Below are positions 60,001 through 64,000 of a stretch of DNA of 64,000 nt, piece after piece. The stretch covers positions 79 through 64,078 of the forward strand of contig CAYIEF010000003.1 of NCBI GenBank assembly GCA_964362365.1, in the 5' to 3' direction. The notes under the pieces are model-generated. The model was not told the origin of the DNA, did not search any database, and saw only the letters and a program-made list of their open reading frames with translations. The position numbers were made by a program, and so were the translations under genes. The DNA comes from an uncultured Methanosarcinales archaeon (GTDB lineage Archaea > Nanobdellota > Nanobdellia > Woesearchaeales > GW2011-AR9). Every line of letters begins with the position of its first letter. Position 1 is the first letter of the stretch.

Positions 60001-62456
60001 TCGTCGATGGTTCCGTTGAAGAAATTACCGGGGGAAGTTTCATCAATGATCCCTATAAAAACTTTTTCTGAATCTGCCCAAGCAGTAGAGTTTACGCTAC
60101 TAAAAGCACAAGCAGTTGCTGCAACTTCTGATCCGTTAAGAAATACCGCCGAATGTGTTCCATTATACCTTCCAGTTATATGATTCCATGACCGCTCTGC
60201 TATCCCCCCTCCCGTGGCGGTGCATAATCCGGTACCATTAGCAGTAATATAAAATCTTGATTCGTTAGTATTTGGGAGCTGAAGTTGGAAAAAGGCATCG
60301 CTGTTGGTAGTATCAGACCTCGCTATAACTGCTTGATGATTATTTTGTACACGGTATGTCCAAACCCAGGCGCTAAAAGTACATCCATTATTACACATTG
60401 TTTTAAAATAATCTTTATCTCCTAAATCTATATAATCATTAACACCGTCAAATTGATACGCTCCTTTCCCATCATAGCCTGCTGTTGCATTCCATAAAAC
60501 TCCATTAGTCTCATTTCCATGATTTTGTAACCCAGAATAATCCCGACTATTGTTGTAATTCGTTCCATTCACCTCTTCAAAGGGCATGTTCAATACCGCG
60601 ATCGGCGTATCGTTCACCAGCCAGTTATAGATCACTTTCACACTATCACCATTAGGGTCAGCTGTTGAGGTATACGCGGTAAGATTTACACTAGTATCAT
60701 TGCTGGTAAGATTAGTGCTGTTTAAGGTGAAAGATTGGATCACTGCCGGATAAATAATCATCGATTGCTCCATCATCGCCCCATCATCAGTTCCGTTATT
60801 TGGCGTTACTTGCACCGTCCATTTGTCTCCTTTATTTACTTCCTGGTTTACCAGGACATTGGATTGGTTTCTCCAGATGGCATAGATTTGTTCTGCGGAG
60901 ATTAATCGGTTGAAAATCATCAATTCGTCGATGGTTCCGTTCCAAAGGCCTCCTAGTTCCGGCCAGTTTCCAACATGAAGGTTGTTGGTATTGTTTATGC
61001 TGCCGCTTCGTGTGCCAATGGAAACATTGCTTCCATTGGGCTGTCCATTGATATATAACGTTGCCGATGCATCCCGGTCAAAGGTTATTGCGAAATGGTA
61101 CCAGTTCCCGTCGGTAACTTGCGCTGAACTCGGGAATCCGCTAGTCGTAGCGCCGGAGGCATCCCTTATGTAAATAGAGAGTCTTCCCAGCGCAGTAGCT
61201 ACCCTGACTGCATATCCCTCAAATGTTCCAGCATTATTTTTGCTGATGACAGTCATGGTAGGATCTGTAGAAGGGGTGTACGCCCGGTCTGTTCTAATCC
61301 AGGCCATAACCGTAAAATCATTTGTCCCCATATCGAGGCTATCATCATCTGTTATATTGATAAATTGTTGAGAACCGGGAGTATTAACTAACTCGAATGA
61401 TCCATTGTGATCGTAACCGCCGGTGGAGTTCCAGACTGCCCTATGTACTGATCCATTGTTGCTGTAAGGTGTATAATCTTTTGCCCCATTGGTTGTTCCG
61501 CTGGAATTTCCGCTCAGCGATCCTCCCTCAAAGGGCATGTTCAGTACGGCGATCGATGAATCATTTCTCAGCCAATTATAGATGGCTTTTTGCGAGGCAT
61601 CGGTAAGCGTAGCGTACGCAGTAAGGTTGACTGCATTATTTCCCTGGGTGACATAAGTGGTGTTTAACAACAGCCGGGTGACTTGCGCATTGGCTAAGAG
61701 GGTAAGATCTTCTGGAAAAATATTTTCAATTATTGAATCAATGATCGAACGGAATATTGATTTCTCTTCTACTACTGGCGCAACTTCCAGTCCCTCTTCT
61801 ACAACTTCTTCAGTTTCCGTCCAATTGTCAGCAATAGGTCCCCTTACTTCAGGAATGTCTTCCTCAACTTGCTCCTCTTCTTCAACAGGAATTTCAACTT
61901 CTTCTGCTGGAGGATTTTCAACTATCGGTTCTTCTTCTGGAATTTCTGTACTTGGCTCTTCCACTACCGGCTCTTCGATGATCGGCTGTATTCCAACCAC
62001 TGCGCCAGTTAGTGCATTGTTTCCAGAGCTATATTTTTTCAGCAACGCAACTATTTTATCACTCCAAGAGCTGGTCCAAGAAATTGAACTTTCTTCTAAA
62101 GGCATTTCTTGATTTTCCCCATAATTATGATGTATTATCAATCCAGCAAAGGCAAAAACGACGATAAAGAGCGATAACCATCCGAATAATTTCACATTAT
62201 TATGCTTTTTCTGTTCACTTTCCAATGCCGTAATCTTAGCATTAATACTCTGCAGCCCGGCCAGATTCTGATGCAATTCTTTGGTTTCATATTCCAATAA
62301 TGTTCTCAGCTGCAGCTCCCGAGTTTTCCGCCTTGACTCTTTTTCTATCTGATACAGATACAAAGTCTTCTCTCGTTTCTGGGTCAAGACTTTCACTGCC
62401 CGCTCTACCTCGGTCTTCCTCTTTTTCCAGTACGCTGCCTCCTTATGCTGGTTCAT
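57099..62456 (-). CDS. giant (1785-aa) cell-surface protein with four LamG/concanavalin-like repeats and an N-terminal coiled-coil/TM anchor
   Basis: Four copies of the module ending NGTIDE[LV]M[IV][FW]NR.LSA.QIYA[IL]WRNQ. Acidic EEPV linker. N-terminal TM helix. Confidence 0.6.
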   Translation of the reverse strand: MNQHKEAAYWKKRKTEVERAVKVLTQKREKTLYLYQIEKESRRKTRELQLRTLLEYETKELHQNLAGLQSINAKITALESEQKKHNNVKLFGWLSLFIVVFAFAGLIIHHNYGENQEMPLEESSISWTSSWSDKIVALLKKYSSGNNALTGAVVGIQPIIEEPVVEEPSTEIPEEEPIVENPPAEEVEIPVEEEEQVEEDIPEVRGPIADNWTETEEVVEEGLEVAPVVEEKSIFRSIIDSIIENIFPEDLTLLANAQVTRLLLNTTYVTQGNNAVNLTAYATLTDASQKAIYNWLRNDSSIAVLNMPFEGGSLSGNSSGTTNGAKDYTPYSNNGSVHRAVWNSTGGYDHNGSFELVNTPGSQQFINITDDDSLDMGTNDFTVMAWIRTDRAYTPSTDPTMTVISKNNAGTFEGYAVRVATALGRLSIYIRDASGATTSGFPSSAQVTDGNWYHFAITFDRDASATLYINGQPNGSNVSIGTRSGSINNTNNLHVGNWPELGGLWNGTIDELMIFNRLISAEQIYAIWRNQSNVLVNQEVNKGDKWTVQVTPNNGTDDGAMMEQSMIIYPAVIQSFTLNSTNLTSNDTSVNLTAYTSTADPNGDSVKVIYNWLVNDTPIAVLNMPFEEVNGTNYNNSRDYSGLQNHGNETNGVLWNATAGYDGKGAYQFDGVNDYIDLGDKDYFKTMCNNGCTFSAWVWTYRVQNNHQAVIARSDTTNSDAFFQLQLPNTNESRFYITANGTGLCTATGGGIAERSWNHITGRYNGTHSAVFLNGSEVAATACAFSSVNSTAWADSEKVFIGIIDETSPGNFFNGTIDEVMVWNRSLPAEQIYALWRNQTDVIVAQETVRGENWTVQATPNDGFSDGTFADGTIAIKAKNETILNGKPVITALVLNSTNVTSNNTNVNLTAYATTSDADPDDTVKVIYNWLRNGSSFTVLNMPFEGGSLNGNSSGTTNGAKDYTPYSNNGSVHRASWNSTGGYDNNGAYKFVNNPTGTRQFINITDDDTLDIGTNDFTVTAWIKYNESGDSTGSGYRILSKRNSSNTGYELFIEAATSAGLQRLAFSLNDGTGTVFGGAASATDLDDDKWHHVAVTFDRDASATYYVDGVPDGSPPNRAISARQGSLANTAHLTIGMINPEVGAAAGANDFNGTIDELMIFNRSLSAGQIYAIWRNQTNTIVANETVGGEKWSVQATPNDGYEDGQLVMSSNITIRTTPNITTLVLNTTNLSSNKTEVNLTAYATVVEPDGDSVRVIYNWLRNETSIALLNLPFEGGSLSGNSTGTTNGAKDYTPFSYNGTVFNAFWNSTGGYDNRGAFEFVNAPDSRQFINITDNGNLDIGTNDFTLMAWIKSNVSMDLNDITSMVIIGKRDSNNKGYRLAIQTTPARRRLSFLLGDGISLASGSADSATDLVDNKWHHVAVTFDRGASATYYVDGVPDGSPPTRSISALSGKSVANTVHLAIGIDSPEAFAGVNGFNGTIDEVIIFNRSLSAAQIYAIWRNQSNVITTNETVRGENWTVQATPNDGTEDGPLVISNNLTIVNTAPTIPVLWNLTNRSTVTTRTPTFVWNVSNDADGEAVTYRIQVDDNILFNNLEVNVGGITNTTINNVTYTLSTELGVDTSYFWRVLANDSLNAGSISETRNFTVQSYLAINVTEETVAFGTLPVGANVSTPNNASPFRVENVGNIIANITVTGTAFFTAVSMPSSFYRFKIRANESGAFNTTASATEWNQTNSTLGANIFHVINLDWHSISNDFLTDLNISVPGNETPGSKTSTMTFTITG

Positions 62457-62979
62457 GTTTATCTCGAGCTCGTTTCATGAGCACCGCAACTGTGTTGGGC
62501 GTTCTATGCAGCAATCTTGCGATCTGCTTGTTGGAAAGATGATGGACAGAATTCAGGTAGAAGACGATGCTTTCCAGGAAACTATATCTACGTTTTTTGA
62601 AAATTGAAAAGGGAAGAAAATATCGCTCATCTTCGATCAAGAAAATCTGTTTTTTCTTTTTCCGCGATCTCTGATAGGTCGCCCAAATACTTTTTTGATC
62701 CCGATGCAACTCTGAAGCAATCTCTTGAAAAGAAAGAGCTTCATTCTCTTTCAGAAATTTATAGAGCGATTCCGCCGGATCAAGCGAAGAAGAAAAAACC
62801 GACAAAGGGATGGACGCTTCCTCTTTCGCGGCCTGGAAAGTCTCAATCAACTCCGGCAATTGCAATCCCTGCTCTTTATGCAGCCGCTGCAGAATAATTT
62901 TCAATAACTGTTGAGAGCTGATGGTAGATAAAAGCGAATCTAGCAGTACATCTCCCTCTTTTTTGCTTTTTGCTTCCAC
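62443..62979 (-). CDS. HTH transcriptional regulator (sigma-70 region-4-like / LuxR-like C-terminal HTH)
   Basis: C-terminal LSNKQIARLLHRTPNTVAVLMKRAR. 14-nt overlap with the start of the giant gene. Confidence 0.45.
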   Translation of the reverse strand: MEAKSKKEGDVLLDSLLSTISSQQLLKIILQRLHKEQGLQLPELIETFQAAKEEASIPLSVFSSSLDPAESLYKFLKENEALSFQEIASELHRDQKSIWATYQRSRKKKKQIFLIEDERYFLPFSIFKKRRYSFLESIVFYLNSVHHLSNKQIARLLHRTPNTVAVLMKRARDKHEPA

Positions 62980-63198
62980 TAAACTCTAGGCAGGAGATTT
63001 TTTCTTTTTATAAATCTTTTTATTTATTTTTCTTAACAAATAAAGAATAATACTCTCTTTTTATTAATAAATATCTATTTATATCTTAAAAAAATCTCTA
63101 TATATTAATTAAACGGTCTTTGTTTTAAGTGGATCTTGCTAAAAAGAAAAGTATATAAATGGCTTTTACCTCCTAAACGGAGAAAAGTGATGTAAAAG

Positions 63199-63480
63199 AT
63201 GGCAAAAAGAGAGGCTGGTCGAAATAGGCGAAGTTCTCACAGAGCACATAAATCTAAACCGGACGATATTTCTGCCCAGACTCTTATGGCTATGGTCATT
63301 TTAGTATTAGTGGTAAGCGTTCTCAGTGCAACAATGTACGTGTATACTTTTTATGGGAATGGCTATTACACCAAAGTTCAAAAATCCTTATCCCCCCCTC
63401 AAGTTATGGAAGAAAAACCGGCAGCCTCGGGCACGGCCAGTATAGAGATAATCAAGCCGCCTGGCGACTCAGGAAAATAA
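63199..63480 (+). CDS. small single-pass membrane protein
   Basis: Basic N-terminus followed by a TM helix. Confidence 0.4.
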   Translation: MAKREAGRNRRSSHRAHKSKPDDISAQTLMAMVILVLVVSVLSATMYVYTFYGNGYYTKVQKSLSPPQVMEEKPAASGTASIEIIKPPGDSGK

Positions 63481-63503
63481 AAAGGTGTTAATAAAAAGGT
63501 GTT

Positions 63504-64000
63504 ATGATGGAGTTATCCAATAAAACTATTTTTACAATTTTAGCGGTCACTTTAGTGATAACCATCACCGGAACATTTGTTAATTTGAGTAAGTTTTATG
63601 ATTTTGGCTACCTGGGCCTGACCGGAGCAGCAGTATCGACTGATCAAGGCAACGCTACCATAACCATAACTCAACAAACCTCGATCACCAACAATTTTAA
63701 TGATATCCAGTTTGGTTCTGGGTATGTAAATTCAAGCTGCACCGTCTGCAACATGGACAGCAATGGCAGTGGAAACTTTGGATGCTGCGGCACTTTTAAT
63801 TGGACCAGAGGAAGCAGTACTGGTAATTTTTCTGGTTTTTTATTGGAGAATACCGGGAATATCAACCTTTCCTTAAACTATACCTGCGCCGGGAACTGTA
63901 CCGCTGCTCAGTTCATCGGCGGAACCAGTCCGGCATTCCAGATAAGAGCTACCACCAATTTCAACTCCCAGCAAAGTGGAGAAGTTAGCGCTATCGATAG
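63504..64000 (+). CDS. secreted/surface protein, 5' part (continues beyond the window end)
   Basis: Open frame from ATG at 63504 to the window end. N-terminal signal-anchor. Ser/Thr/Asn/Gly-rich with multiple Cys. Confidence 0.45.
   Translation, partial: MMELSNKTIFTILAVTLVITITGTFVNLSKFYDFGYLGLTGAAVSTDQGNATITITQQTSITNNFNDIQFGSGYVNSSCTVCNMDSNGSGNFGCCGTFNWTRGSSTGNFSGFLLENTGNINLSLNYTCAGNCTAAQFIGGTSPAFQIRATTNFNSQQSGEVSAID

Noticed and set aside
57352-62112. Multiple 60-150-aa plus-strand ORFs inside the giant LamG gene
   Set aside because: They are antisense shadows of the repeat-rich minus-strand gene. Their mutual similarity just mirrors the internal repeats.
1-64000. CRISPR arrays, cas genes, rRNA genes
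   Set aside because: No short direct repeats with regular spacers and no rRNA-like conserved stretches were seen. The only regular repeats are the DGR TR/VR, the IS ends, the GC palindromes and the intragenic LamG repeats.

Overview
This 64-kb window is AT-rich archaeal DNA, and the gene content points to a small-genome, probably DPANN-like archaeon (inference). Archaeal hallmarks include the exosome superoperon (Pop5, PsmA, Rrp4, Rrp41, Rrp42, RpoK), the rpl44e-rps27e / aIF2alpha-nop10 cluster, Pth2, split transketolase, RFC large subunit, ValRS, GlyRS and IMPDH, plus a grpE-dnaK-dnaJ operon. The most notable feature is a complete diversity-generating retroelement (DGR) at about 38.4-40.8 kb, inserted inside the conserved rpl44e-rps27e / eif2a-nop10 cluster. 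It has a target gene whose variable repeat (VR) differs from the template repeat (TR) only at TR adenines (14 of 14 mismatches over 95 nt). It also has a GC hairpin after the VR, an Asn-codon-rich TR, and an RT carrying the DGR-type LGxxxSQ motif 4. That RT is interrupted in frame by a ~105-bp insertion containing GC-rich palindromes and a TGA stop; the same palindrome family recurs near 22.3 kb. A second Asn-rich, TR-like ORF end sits at the very start of the window. Other notable items: tRNA-Ile(GAU) with two large insertions and a decayed partial duplicate upstream; tRNA-Asn(GUU) with a canonical 17-nt intron; a third tRNA-like gene with imperfect stems; an IS200-like element whose tnpA has an in-frame TGA at the conserved Trp and which abuts a truncated Ser/Thr kinase; and an IS481-like element with perfect 10-bp inverted repeats and a 15-bp target-site duplication. 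There are many toxin-antitoxin-like modules: two HEPN/nucleotidyltransferase pairs, HepT/MntA, VapBC, a frameshifted GNAT toxin, and a frameshifted RelE next to an AbrB-type antitoxin. A GC-rich structured ncRNA candidate lies near 47.0 kb. Several small Cys- or Lys-rich ORFs fall below the ORF-track cutoff. A cell-surface locus encodes a 1785-aa LamG-repeat protein co-oriented with an HTH regulator. No CRISPR array or rRNA gene was found.
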